Assembly (NCBI GenBank): GCA_024137785.1
Contig: JAHRHZ010000085.1
Coordinates: 3,451,770 to 3,515,769, forward strand
DNA: 64,000 nt
DNA from: Ginglymostoma cirratum
Lineage: Eukaryota
Direction of reading: 5' to 3'
Below, one piece after another: positions 37,381-50,974 of the stretch. Position numbers and translations under genes: made by a program. How positions within the stretch are numbered: the stretch's first letter is position 1; every line of letters begins with the position of its first letter. The notes under the pieces were generated by a model. That model worked only from the letters and a program-made list of their open reading frames with translations, was not told where the DNA came from and did not search any database.

Positions 37381-40300
37381 GTGAAGCCTCTTCTAAGGAT
37401 GCCTACCTTGATGATGTTACCCTCCTCCCTCCGGAAAGACGTCAGTGGATCTCTCTCCCACTGCAACTCTCTCGTAATCTCTTTGGCTCCGAAACTGCTC
37501 GACCACGTCCTGAAGCAAACCAGGTACTACAGCCACATTACCTTTCTTAATACCTGGCTATGGAACCGAATCATCCCCAATAGACGACAATCAACATTTA
37601 GGCCTTCCCAATTTGGCCCGAACTGCGACAACCGCTATATTCAGAACATTGAGATCCTTCAAAAATGTTTCTCCCTGCGACTCCTGAAACATCCACTCAC
37701 AGCAATTTGCCGGCATCTCCTGGTACTACAATGAAGCCTACCCCAGCTCAGAGCCTCCCTCTCCTGGACCTGCAAACGGCCTCTCCTGTTTTTTATTCTT
37801 TGCAGTGTCCACAACCTGAGCTTGGAATTCCACTCGGCTTTGGCCGACACTAAAAACCGTTAAGTACTGTAAACTTACTGGTGCCGGTCACCCAACACAG
37901 GCCTCCTCCAACTCCCAAATCCCCAACCCTGACCAGGGCCTCCCGACAATATGTCCACCGCCATTGGCCATTTGCCCACTGTCGGAGCGACCACGGATGA
38001 CTTCACATCCGCCATCGCTACGTACGTCACTTCCGGGACAGCGAACGCCATAAACGCCTCCGCCTCCGTTTCCGAGGCCAACACTACAGACATCAAAGAC
38101 ACACCTGCTGACACTGCTGCTGCCGCCGCAGCCAACATCCAGGTCTTGCTGGCCGACTCCGCTCATCCCAATACATACCCCGCACCGCCCACCACTGAAG
38201 CCGCCATCGCTCCGCCCACCACCGATGTTGCACGGCGCACCGCCGACGCCGCACGGACCACTGCCGATAAACGCTCCGCCCACTGCCGACGTCGTTCCGC
38301 CCACCGCCTCCACAGCCAGCAGCTCCAGAGGAGACAGTAGCATCCAGTCCTGCCGAGTCTTCATCATCCCCCCAGACCTCCCCCTTACTGAGGACGAACG
38401 GTCAGTCCTCAGTAAAGGGCTCACCTTTGTACCCCTCCACCCACACATCAACGAATACCGCTCACGCTTGGACGTTGAACATTTTTTCCACCGCCTCCAC
38501 CTGCACGCTTACTTCTTTAACCGTTAGCCTAACCCTGCATCTACTGACCCCTTCTCCAGCCTCTAACACACCCCCTCCTCCTGGACACCACCCCAAGGCC
38601 TCCTACCCTCCCTCGACCTCTTCATCTCCAACTGCTGTTGTGACATCAATTGCCTCAACCGCTCCACTCCTCGCTCCCACTCCAACCTCTCCACCGCAGA
38701 ACGTGCAGCCCTCCGCTCCCTCCTCTCCAACCCCAACCTTACCATAAAACCCGCAGACAAGCGAAGCACAGTTGTTGTATGGCGCACTGACCTCTACATC
38801 ACCGAGGCCAGATGCCAGCTCTCCGACACCTCCTCCTACCGCCCTCTTGATCATGACCCCACCCGCGACCACCAAACCATCATCTCCCAAACCATCCACA
38901 ACCTCGTCACATCAGGTGACCTCCCACCCACAACCTCCAATCTCATTCTTCTCCAATCCCGCACTGCCTATTTCTATGTCCTCCCCAAAATCCACAAACC
39001 TGACTGCCCTGGTTGACCCATTGTCTCCGCCTGCTCCTGCCCCACCAAACGTATCTCTACTTATCTCGACTCCATTTTCTCGTCCTTGGTCCGGCAACTC
39101 CCCACGTATGCCCGTGACACAACCCACACCTTCCACCTCCTCCAAAACTTCCGATTCCCTGGTCCCCAAACATCTTCTCTACCATGGACGTCCAGTCCCT
39201 ATACACCTGCAATCCCCATGCAGGTGGCCGAATGGCCCTCCGCTTCTTCCTGTCCCGCAGGCCCGACCAGTCCCCCTCCACTGACAACGGCATCTGCTGA
39301 GCTGAACTTGTCCTCACCCGTAACAACTTCTCTTTCTTTTCGTCCCAATTCCTACAGACAAAGCGGGTGGCCATGGGTACCCACATGGGCCCAAGCTATT
39401 CCTGCCTCTTTGTCGGTTATTTGGAAAAATCCCTCTTCCATAGCAACACTGGCCCTAAACTCCACCTCTCCCTCCGTTACATCGATGACTGTATCGACGC
39501 TGCCTCTTGCTCCCACAAGGAGCTCAAACAGTTTATCCACTTCACCAACACCTTCTACCCCAATCTGAAGTTCACCTGGACCATCTCTGATACCTCTCTC
39601 TCCTTTCTGGACCTCTCTGTTTCCATCTCTAGCCACCACCTGGAAACTGATTTAATTTCAAGCCTACCGACTCCCACAGCTACCTAGAGTACACCTCCTC
39701 CCACCCACCTTCCTGCAAAAATGCCATCCCCTATTCCTAATTCCTTCGCCTCCGCCGCATCTGCTCCCAGGATGAGGCATTCCACTCTCGAACATGTCAG
39801 ATGTCCTCATTTTCCAAGGACCTCAACTTTCCCCCCGCAGTGGTCGAGAACGCCCTTGACCGTGCCTCCCCCATTCCGGCAACTCATCCCTTACACCCTC
39901 TACCCGCAATCACAACCAAAACAGAATCCCCCTTGTCCTCGTGTACCACCCCACCAACCTCCGGATCCAACACATCATCCTCTGACACTTCCACCGTCTG
40001 CAATCTGAGCCCACCACCAAAGACATTTTTCCTTCCCCACCCTTATCTGCTTTCCGGAGGTACCACTCTCTCCGTGACTTCCTTGTCCTCTGCACACTCC
40101 CCTCCAGCACCACCACACCCGGAACTTTTCCCTGCAACCACAGGAAGTGCGACACCTGCCACTACACGTCACCCCCATCCCAGGCCCCAAGAAGACCTTC
40201 CACATCAAGCAGATGCTGACCTACACATCTGCTTCTGTGGTATACTGCATCCGCTGTACCCATTGTGGCCTCCCCTACATCGGGGAAACCAAGCGGAGGA

Positions 40301-40655
40301 TTGTGGACCACTTTGCAGAACACCTCAGCTCGGTTCGCAACAAACGACTGTACCTCCCAGTTGCGAATCATTTCAACTCCCCCTCCCATTCCTGAGACAA
40401 CATGTCCATCCTGGGCCTCCTGCAGTGTCACACGAAGGTTGCAGGAACAGCACCTCATATTTCGATTGGAACCCTGCAGCCCAATGTTATCAATGTGGAC
40501 TTCACAAACTTCAAAATCTCCTCTCCCCCTACCGCATCCCAAACCCAGCCGAGCTTGTCCCTGCCTCCCTGACATGTCATTCTTCCAACCTGTCCCCTCG
40601 TCCCACCTCAAGCCCCAGCCCCATTGCCTACCTACTAGTCTCATCCCACCCCTGG
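37381..40655 (+). mobile_element. Near full-length Penelope-like element inserted next to a V-SINE tail
   Basis: N-terminal domain, Ala/Thr/Pro-rich spacer, SVLSKGLTF, IKPADK, AMGTHMGP, RYIDDC and YCIRCTHCGLPYIGETKR (GIY-YIG). Interrupted by stops and frameshifts. Confidence 0.93.
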
Positions 40656-40803
40656 ATATGTTCAGATGAGGCCAACTTCGACAAGGGAACCTACGAAAAC
40701 TCCATCGCATATGTTCAGATGAGGCCAACTTTGACAAGGGAGCCTCCGAAAACTCCGTTGCATATTTTCAGATGAGGCCAAATTTGACAACGGAGCCTCC
40801 GAA
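40656..40803 (+). repeat. 53-bp tandem repeat, about 2.8 copies
   Basis: Units start at 40656, 40709 and 40762 (atatgttcagatgaggccaa...). Confidence 0.9.
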
Positions 40804-41945
40804 GTGTCCACGTTCTTCCTCAACCAAGGATTCCCCAGCTCTGTTGTCGACAGGGCTCTCAATCGGGTCCGACACATCTCCTGCTCTTCTGTCCTCACCC
40901 CTTCTCTTCCTTCCCGCAACAGCGATAGGGTACCCCTTATCCTCACCTACCATCCCACCAGCATCCACATCCAGAAGATCATCAGACTCCATTTCCGCCA
41001 CCTCCAGCAAGATGCCACCACCAGACACATATTCCACCCAACCAGCTTCACTTGTCTGCCTTCTGCAGGGACCCTTCCTTCCAGGACACCCTGGTCCATA
41101 CTTCCTTCACCCCCAACTCCTCCCCACAGCCCTACGGTACCATCCCTTGTAACCTGCGAAGATGCAACAGCTGCGATTTTACCTCCTCCCTCTACAGTAT
41201 CCAAGGGCCCAAACGTACCTTCCAGGTGGAGCAGCACTTCACCTGCATTTCCAAGAATCCAGTCTACTGCATGCGCTGCTCACAATGTGATCTCCTCTAC
41301 ATTGGGGAAACGAAGTATCGACTTGGCGACCGCTTCGCAGAACATCTATGTTCTGATCGCAAAAAAGACACTGAACTACCTGTTGCCTGCCACTTCAATG
41401 CACCACCTTGCTCCCTGGTCAACATCTCTGTCTCCGGCTTCCTACAGTGTTCCAGTGAAGCCCAGCGCAAGCTGGAGGAACAACACCTCATTTTCCGCTT
41501 GTGGAACCTACAGCACTCCGGACTCAATATTGAGTTCAATAATTTTAGGGCCTAAACTCTCCCATGTCCCAGCCCCCAACCCCGCACACCAGGCCTTGTT
41601 ACCACACAGCCTGCCAATACACACCCCCTGTTGTTAGTCACGAACAGTCCTCATTAACATCTGTTCACCCTCCCAGTCTGATCGTTAGCAACTCCTTTGT
41701 CTGTCAAACTGTCTTTCTCTCTCTTTGGCTCCATCCTATTATTTACTCCCTACCCCACCCACCTCCCTATTTTCTGCATATAAACTGTCGTTTTCCCAGC
41801 CAACATCAGTTCTGAGGATGGGTCACTGGACCCGAAACTTTAACTCTGTTTTATCTTCCACAGATTCTGCCAGTCCTGCTGAGATTTTCCAGCAACTTTG
41901 TTTTTGTTCCCGATTTACAACATCCACAGTTCTTTTGGTTTTTAT
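40740..41945 (+). mobile_element. 5'-truncated Penelope-like element (GIY-YIG and 3' terminal repeat)
   Basis: ORF 41052-41555 has VYCMRCSQCDLLYIGETKYRLGDRFAEH..GLNIEF. Confidence 0.92.
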
Positions 41946-41989
41946 TTGTGAAATCTGAGTAATTTTACTGTATTTGTGTAGTGCATCTT

Positions 41990-44760
41990 GTGAATTAAAC
42001 ACACTGACGTTACTGAGCATCAGTACTGGAGGGAGCATATATTTGTGGGTTGGCAAACAAGTGGGTTGCTTTGTTCTGGGGAAGGATGTGGTTCTGCACT
42101 CATCCAGGCAAGTGGGGGGGCATTCCATCACACTCTTCAATTGGACCTTGTAGATGGCGAATGGTCTTTGTAGAGTCAAGCGATGAATTACTCACTGCAG
42201 ATTCCTGTTGTATTTAAACGGCTCGTCCGGTTCAGTTTCTGGACAATGCTCTCTCCCAGGGTGTTGCTAGTGAAGGATTCAGTGATGGAAATGACATTGA
42301 ATATCGTGGGACAATATTTCAATTGTTTCATTTTGGAGATGGCCATTGCCTGACATTTGTCTGGTGCAAATGTTTCTTCGTATTTATTCACTCAAAGTGG
42401 ATACTGTACAGATCTTGCTGAATTCACATGTAGACTGTTTCACTATCTGAGAAATGAATGGTCCTAAATTTTTTGAGTTCATGAATGAATGTCCAAAGTT
42501 CTCATTTTATGATGGAGGACAGATCATTGATGAAACAGGTGTAGAAGATGGCCCTCGGACACTACCCTGAGGATCTCCTGCAGAAATTCCTGGATGGGGA
42601 GTGACTGACGTTCGACCACCACAAACATCTTGCTTTGTGCCATGTGTGTCTCCAATCAATGAAGATTTATCCCCGAATTCCCATTGATTCCATGTTTGCT
42701 ATGGGCCCTTGATGCAACTCTCGGCCAAATGTAGCCTGGATGTCAAGTGCTGTCACTCTGACCTCAGCTCTGCAATTCAGCTCATTTGTCCATGTTTGAA
42801 CCAAGGCTGTCATAAATTGGGGATCTGAGTGCTTCTCGGCAACCTAAGTATCACTGAGCAGGTCATTGCTCAGCAGGTGCTACCTGAGAACACTGTTGTT
42901 GATACCTTCCATCACTTCACTGCTGATCGACTGGATGCATCGCACAATAATTGATCGGGTTGGATTTGCCCTGCTTTTGGTGCATGAAACTACCTGGACA
43001 ATTTTCCATGTTATTAGGTATTTGTAGCTATTCTGGAACAGCTTGGCTAGGGGTGTGTCAATTTTTGTAACACCTGTCATTCGTAATACTGTTGGAATGT
43101 TATTAGGGCCAATATCCTTGTTTCCTGATATCACATGTAGGTTAAGTCTGGCATCTGTGATGGTGGGGACCTCTACAGGAGGCCGAGAAGGATCACCCAC
43201 GAGGCACTTCCGATGAATGCTGCAGCATATCCTTCAGCCTTATCATTTACACTGATGCACCAGGCTCTTTCATCATTGACGATGAAGATACCTGTGAGGC
43301 CTCCTTCTCCTGTGAGTGAGTTGTTTAATTGTCCATATGGATCTCAGCAGAGGCAATGGCCAAGTGGTATAATCGCTGGCGTGTTAATCCCGAAACCAAG
43401 GGAAAGTTTTGGGGGCAGGGGTTCGAATCCTGCCGTGGCAGATTAAACTCCATAAATATCTGGAATTTAGAATCTAATGAAGTTTGTGAATCCATTGCCA
43501 ATGGTAAGAAAACCCCTTTGCTTCACTAATACCCTTTAAGGAAGGAAACTGCCATCCTTATTTTGTCTGGCATACATCTAACTCCAGACCCGCTACAATG
43601 TGGTTGACTCTCAACTGCCCTCTGGGTAATTAGGGATGAGCAATAAATGCTGGCCGAGCCAGCAACTCGCTCGTCCTGTGAATGAATGAATAAATAAGAA
43701 ATAAAGAAACACTATGATGACTGGATGAGGCAGGACTGAAGAGCTGAGATCTGATCCAATGGCTGTGAGATTGCTTCACTCTGTCTACCACTTGTTGCTT
43801 ATCGTGTTTCGCACACAAGTAGTCCTGTTTTGTCGCCTCAGCAACTTGATGCCTCATTTTTATCTATGCCTGATGCTGCTCCCAGCATGCCCTCCTGCAC
43901 TCTCCATTGAACCAGTGTTGATTCCCTGGCTTGATAGCACTGGTTAAGTGAGGCTATGCCAGGCCATGAGGTTGTAGATTGTGTTGAAGTACAATTCTGC
44001 TGCTGCTGATGGCCCACTGTGTCTTGTGGATACCCAATGTTGAGGGTTGGATCCGTTCCGATGTCCCTATCACACGGTGATAGTAACACACAACACAATG
44101 AAGGCTATTCTCAATGTGAAGGCAGGACTTTGTCTCCACAAGGACTGTGCAGTAATCATTCGACTGAGAATGTCATGAAAAGATGAATCTGTGATGGACA
44201 GATTGGGAAGGATGAGATCAATAATGCTTTTTCCTCTTGTTGTTTTTGTCATAACCTGCAGTCGACCCAGTCTAACAGCAATGTCCTTTTGGTATTGAAC
44301 AGCTCAATCCGTCATGCTGCTGTGACTGCTCTTTGTGGTGGATGTTGAAATCCCTCACCCACAGTACATTCTGCACCCAAGGGCTCATCACGAGTCTGGC
44401 CATAATGGAACACTGTTTCAACGTCCGAGGGAGATTTCCTTGCTCAAGTTTGACCTGATACGTTGACACATCACGGTATCTGGAGTCAATGTTAAGGACT
44501 CCCTGCCACTGTACACCACTGTGCTTCCACCTCGGTTGTACCTGTCTTGCCTGTGAGATTGTGATGGTGGTATCTGGGGCATTGTCTGTAAGGTATGATT
44601 CCCTGAGTATAACTGTGTCAGGCTGTTGCTTGACTCATTAATGACACAGTTTCCTTAATATTTTTCGCCGATCGCCAACATTTTGCAAGGAGGAGATTAC
44701 AGGACTAACAGAGCAGTTTTTGCGGTTGTCATTCCCAGTACCTAGATCAATGCCAGGTGA
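41990..44760 (-). mobile_element. Decayed CR1-group LINE (endonuclease and RT remnants) with a SINE insertion
   Basis: LWVRDFNIHH, SIIDLILPN, GPNNIPTVL..PLAKLFQ and FAPDKCQAM motifs. Confidence 0.8.
43350..43690 (+). mobile_element. DeuSINE/SacSINE1-like tRNA-derived SINE
   Basis: A-box-like TGGCCAAGTGG and B-box GGTTCGAATCC. The 3' tail gcaataaatgctggcc is shared with the CR1-group LINE. Confidence 0.75.
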
Positions 44761-45591
44761 TCTCTCTGGTTTTATTTCTATTTGTGATCTTTTCATCATT
44801 ATTACAATTGAGTGGTTCTGAGGTCACTACAGATTCAAACACGTTTCTGTGGGCCTCAGGTAACATAACCACAACAGCTTCGTGCCCTAAAAAGCATCAG
44901 AAGGAACTTTCCTGGAAATTGCCAATTGTTTTGTACGAATCACTTGAGGAACAATAGATTTGCATTGAATTCAAATTCTATCATCTACCATGGCAGGATT
45001 CAAAGTGAGGTGGACAGAATATTATCTGGATCTTAAGATTACTAGTCCAGATAACACCACAAGGCCATCATCTCTCCTATCATTGATGTGATCAATCAAG
45101 CCAGTTTCAGCCTGTGGCCAGATAGGTTCACGAATAACATCACTGGGGTCATAATAAGTGATGGCAATCATGGGATTAAATTCCATGGATTTTAAAGTGA
45201 ACAGTGCCTTTTATAAGTAATTGGTATGTGATTGTTCTGATCGGTAAACCTCACCACAGGAAAACAATTTTGTGAACTTTGAAGATGACTTTGAATGCTG
45301 CTAAGAGTTTTGTGGAAATGGAATATTTCACAGTAGATAACTGAAAACTTGGCTAATGCTAAACTGAGAAAGATCATCAATATATTGCAGGTGGAAGCCC
45401 AAGGAAGATCATGAAATGATGCAGAATTTCAAATTATTTATCAACGTTTCCAACTGAAGCCGAAAGGCAGCGGAAGATGAATTATTAAACAAGAATTTGA
45501 TCTCGATAGGAGGAGAAACTATCAGAGAGAGGAGGAGAAGGCATGGTGGCTCAGACATTAGCACTGCTCCTCACAGCGCCAGGGACCCAGC

Positions 45592-48500
45592 TGTAAAAAC
45601 CGAACTGACTTGAAATAGCAACTGAACTAATTAACTGTTCCAACATAGTCACTTCCCAGAAACACACCCCCTGGCAAAAAGGTAAATTCAAATCCAGATT
45701 CTTACAGACAGGCCGGAACAACATCCAGAGAGAGATTTCAGAGAAAGTCAGAAGAATCCTTGACTGAAGCCTGCAACACTTCTGGTACTCAGAACATCTT
45801 GTGACTGCTACGGCCAAAAAAAAAGAGAAAAAACCTGAACTGGGAGAACTGTTAGGTATCATTGTTAAACTGTTACTCCTTAGACTATTTTTCACCTCCA
45901 TCTTTGCAAACTCTTTTCCAAAAAACCAAAGACAAAATAACCTTTTCAAAGTGACAGCATTGTCACACCTCACCCTTAAAAATTATGAATAATCAATATA
46001 CAACGATGGTTTCAACTCAAGTTCCTTAGTCTTACTCTATTAGTACACTACAATATCCGTACATTACATTGAATCTAAGCAAGCAAACATTCACTCTCAC
46101 ATTTTATTTCAGTCTGTTCACTCCTGCCACCAAATGCCTCCGCCTTTCTTCATCCAAGATGTGATAACATGTCAGCAATTACGATTTCTCCTCCATCCAT
46201 GTGTGTAATTTTCAAATTGAATGGCTGAAATAATAAACTCCATCTAAACAGTCTGGAATTCTTGTCCTTAAATTGCTCCAAAAACTTTAATGGGTTCTGA
46301 TCAGTGTAGACAATTGTCTCAGACACATTACTGAAAATAGGAATGTTGAAATACCGTAACGCCAACAACAAGCTCAAGGTCTCTGTCTCAATCATGGAAT
46401 ATATATGTTGAAGAATATTCAGTTTCCTGGAGAAATACCTGATAGGTTATTCTATCTTATCATTATCTTCTTGGAGGAGTACAGTTTTGACACCCACATC
46501 ATTCACATCGACAGCCACCTTGAAAGGTGGCTAACAGTGGGGCAGTGGTTAACACAGCTTTCAGGCTATCAACGCCTTCTGACAGTCTGCCATCCCTGAA
46601 ATTTTCTGCACTTCCCCAATAAGTCAGCCAGTGAAGCAACCATACTGCTAAAATTTGAACTTCAAATAAAACCCATTCAATCCCAGGAATTGTAGTGCTG
46701 CTGTCTTCTACGATGTTATGGGAATCTCCTCAATAAACTTTATTTTCACATTCTGTGGGGCCATCTGTCCAAGTCCGATAACATCCCAGGAATGTGACTT
46801 GGGCTTTGGAAAATTCACTCTTAGCCGGATTTATCACCAAGCCTGCCTCCCAAAGTTGATCGAATAATCCTGATAAACGCTGTAAATATTCCTTCCACGT
46901 GTGACTAAGTATCACCAGGTCGTTGATGTTTCCTACACTACTGCATAATCCAGAAATGACTTTACTGGTTGGTCTTTGATATGTAGCTGGTGCATTTTTA
47001 ATACTAAATGTCATGACTTTAAATTGGTATAACACATTTGGTGGGATGAAAGCTGAAATCGTCTTCACTGTTTTGGATGAAGGTACCCTCCAGTATCCTC
47101 TGAGTAAGTCCAACATGGAAATATAAGTTGCTTGGCCCACCTTCTCTATACCGTCTTCCAAACTTGGAATCGGACATGAATCAGACTTTGTTATTGCATT
47201 GACTTTGCAATAGCCTACAGTGAGTCATTGGGCACTATCTGCTTTTGGCACCATTACTATGGGTGAGCTCCAGTCACTGCAACTCGCTTTGATTATGTTG
47301 TCTTGGAGCATGTGTTCATTTCTCTTTTTGAACCTCTGACAACTTTAGAGGGATATGTCTCTGAGAATGCTGCTTAATTGGAACAGCATTTCTTATATCT
47401 ACATAATGCATAATCAAATTAGTACTTCTCATCTTATTCCCACCTATCTCCACATGCAATAGTATTAATTCTGTCAGGTCATTTTGATTTCCCTCTGGAA
47501 AGTAACACAGTAATTTATCCCAGTTTCTGAGAACTTCCTCATTATTCAATTTAATTAGAGGAATGTCCAATTCAGAATTCTCTTAACTGGGTTCTTCATT
47601 TTGTGTTGTAACCAGTAAAACATGCTCCTTTTGCTTACATTCCCTACCAAAATACCCTTTTAGTATATTCACATGACATACTCTGAGATTTCTTTCTATC
47701 TGAAATTCTTATCAAATAATTCACTTCACTCAATCTCCCTTCGATTTGATAATGTCTGCTAAACCTTTCCTTTAAAGGTTCACCTGTCACTGGAAGGAGC
47801 ACTAACTCTTTATCTCTGTCAGCAAAGTTGTAAAATTTTGATTTTTTTTGTCTACTTTCTGCTTAATCATATGCTGTGCTACTTTTAAATGTTGTCTGGC
47901 CAACTCCCCTGCTCTATTTAATTATTCCCTAAATTTTTACACACAGTCCAAATATGTGATCTCTGAATTTTAACTCACCAATTTCTCCTGAGTAAATTTC
48001 CGTGATCCTCTCACCTCATGCCCAAAAACTAATTCCAATGGACTGAATTTGGTCGATTTGTTTGGTACATCCCTCTTTGCAAAAAGTACAAACAAAATTC
48101 TTTTTCTTTATCATTTGAGTAGTCTTGACTATAAGCTCTTAACATGACCTGTAAAGTTTTTTTTTTTGCCCAGCTATCTAATGCTCCCTGTGATTCATAA
48201 TAGTACGCAGTGGATTTGAAATGTTTTATTCCTAAGATATCCATAATTTCACTGAATAATGTTGATGTAAAATTTGACCCTTGATCTGATCATATCTCTG
48301 TGGGTAACACTTCAATAATCCCTTTAGCTGTGATATTGCGTAATGGAATGGCCTGTGGAAATCTGTGCACACATCCATTGTTGTTGACAAAATCTCATTC
48401 TTACTTTTTGTTTTAGATAGGGATCCTACTCCATCAATTAAGACTCCTGCGAAAGCTTCCGCAAATGCATGAATGGATATGAAAGGTGTTGGCTTTATTC

Positions 48501-48950
48501 CTGCCTGAGGTTCTCCAATTACCTGACATGTATAACATGCTTGGCAAAACTCAACAACAGCCAGGTATGTAAAAATGGCTTTGAATTTTGGCTTGAGCTT
48601 TTCTTACCCCTTAATGACCTCCGACTGGTAATTCATGTGCTACCCGCAACACCTCCATTCTATAAACCAGTGATAATACAACCTAATGAAGTTATGCTCA
48701 TTTCTCATCTGCCCAATTATGTGAAAGTCTCTCTTTGCTAAGTAAGACATCATTTTTAAGATAGTGACATTTGGGAATACACTCAAATTCTTCTTCTATG
48801 TACGCTTTTTGATACAATTGGTTCAGTTTATCATCTTCAGTTAACACTTTGTGGTCTGGCTTCAATGTACATTTGTTCATTGGTCGTTAAATGTTGTCTT
48901 GTGCAATATTTGTGTTTTCATTGCCTGGAGTTTGAGATTCAGGATTGCTT
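45592..48950 (-). mobile_element. Ty3/gypsy LTR retrotransposon remnant, Gmr1-like (IN-RT-RH), with PPT and partial 3' LTR
   Basis: Integrase about 48600-47650, RT 47570-46600 (LDLLRGYW, INDL) and RNase H 46395-46150 (VYTDQNPL, IADMLS). PPT aagggtgagg at 45968-45977 precedes TGTGACA at 45967. Confidence 0.88.
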
Positions 48951-48959
48951 TGAATTTAG

Positions 48960-49655
48960 GGATAACACAGTGTGGAACTGGTGGAACACAGTGGGCCAGG
49001 CAGCATCAGAGGAGCAGGACTGTTGACGTTTTGGGTCAGGACATCTTTTCAGAAATAGGGGAGGGGGGAAGAGAACTCTGAAAGAACTGGAGAGGGGAGG
49101 GGTGGGGCTGATGAAGGTAGGTGGGATGGTGATAGATGAGTGAGGCAGTGGTGGGAATTTGGCAGTGAGGTGGGAGGAGCGGATAGTTGGGAGAGATGAC
49201 GGAAAGGTTGTGTCAGGTCAAGGAGGCAGGGATGAGATGGAGGGTTGGTCATGGGATGAGGCTGGAGGTGGGGAGATTTTGAAACTGGTAAAGTCCTCAT
49301 TGAGACCATTGGGTTGCAGGCTACCAAGGCGGAACATGAGGTGCTGCTCCTGCGGTTTCCAGGTGGTGTCATTGTGACACTAGAGGAGGCCGAAGATGGA
49401 CATGTCACCCAGGGAGTGGGAGGGGTAGTTGAAATGGTTTGCAACTGGATGGTGTTGTTGTTTGTTGTGAACGGAACGCAGGTGCTCTATAAAGCGATCT
49501 CCGAGCCTCAGCTTGGTCTCACCGACGTAGAGGAGGCCACAGCGGGAGCAGCAGACCCTGAGGAAGGGTCACCAGACACGAAACGTTAACTCTGTTTTCT
49601 CCTTCACAGATGCTGCCAGATCTGCTGAGCTTTTTCAGCAACTTTGTTTTTGATC
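48960..49655 (-). mobile_element. Penelope 3' fragment plus an inverted terminal repeat at 49556-49655
   Basis: Encodes LYVGETK..EQHLMFRLGSLQPNGLN on the minus strand. Confidence 0.85.
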
Positions 49656-49949
49656 TTGTTAGCTAGTTGTTTTACAATTCGGTATCTCAGTCTTCCAAAG
49701 GTATAAAAGTAATTTACTAAATTTCTTTAGCCACTTCACTTTTCAGGAAAGTGCAAGTTCATAACAACATATTCCCTTCGGAACTTGTCACCTTCCCATA
49801 ATTCCTAATGTGTTTATTCATTCTTGATTTTGACTGAACATTTAACGCTGGATGAACTGTGACCGACGCAATGCCTTTACCCCACACTTATTTTGTCAAC
49901 TATCTTTTGTCAACTCTTGGATGCAACTATTTGGCAAAACTCTTCTAAA

Positions 49950-50560
49950 GGAGCCCTAGATGGAACCCAAAAGAGGCGAAGCCATACTTGATCAAACCCT
50001 TCCAACCTGCCAGCTGTATATGTATCTGTCCATAGCAAAATCAGTAAAAGTGACAAACACACAATCCTTGCGGAGACATAGTCATGCCATCACATTGAGA
50101 ATACCGTCCATGATGTTGTGTGGCACTATTGCCATGATAAATGAGATGCACTTATTTAATGTGCCCAGTATCACAATTGACTTCAATATCAGCTTGAAAG
50201 CATCTTATTCCTTCTTAAAAGTTGAAGTGTCATTGTAATTGCAAAATTACCTACTTTCCCTTCATCAATGCAGAAAACCAATTTTAATCTCTCATCCGCC
50301 TCACTTAAACTTTTACATTTTAATTAACAGATTTTATACTGACAGGAGACTTGTGAATTTTAAGTTAACTGTGATTCTATCTGAATCTGAATTTATATTT
50401 TTATACATTATTTTTATATGTTTCAACCAATCAACCTGTCCCTCTTTGCTGCTCTCCAATCTTTTCCCACAAGACAAACTGAATTTGTCAGAATCTGTGT
50501 TGCCTCTCCCTATCCAATTCATAACTTTCCGAGCAGTCTTTCAAAAGTCTTCAGATTAAT
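49950..50560 (-). mobile_element. Decayed CR1 ORF2 fragment
   Basis: ORF 50334-50522 resembles CR1 linker sequence. AILDQ near 49985 resembles the AILDL motif. Confidence 0.45.
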
Positions 50561-50974
50561 CATTGATTTTAATCATTGTGTACTCGTCGGTCGCAGAAGG
50601 CATTCATGTCAGTAGCAAATTCATAATGAAATAATTTTGTTAGATTGGTTTGCCATATTTTCCGAACCAAATGAGTCTAGATGAGTTTTCAAAATGTAAT
50701 CGGTGAAGCATTGTACTTTATGTGGAAGCTATATTAGTTTTTTTGCTATTGTTGAGAAAACAATAAACAAAATATTTAAATAACTGCTGAGGCATATATC
50801 AACATGATTAGTTCAAATGGAAATTGATCTCTTTCTCTAATTTCATTGTCACTTCAATAAAGAATAACTTTGCATTTTCATCGCTCAGAACCATTCGCCT
50901 GTCTCTGTGGCGCACTGGATTATGGCTTTTGGCTGTTAAGCAGAAAATTGGAGTTTCAAAACCGCCCAGAGACA

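Noticed and set aside
40656-40803. CRISPR-like array or hammerhead repeat
   Set aside because: There are no unique spacers, the unit is PLE coding sequence, the core reads CAGATGA rather than CTGATGA, and the DNA is eukaryotic.
39801-41637. Long Pro/Ser/Thr-rich ORFs (324 aa and 277 aa) as novel proteins
   Set aside because: They are off-frame or frameshifted readings of C-rich Penelope sequence.
43355-43440. tRNA genes at GGTTCGAATCC/GGTTCGATTCC sites
   Set aside because: These are SINE heads followed by SINE bodies, and no full cloverleaf is evident.
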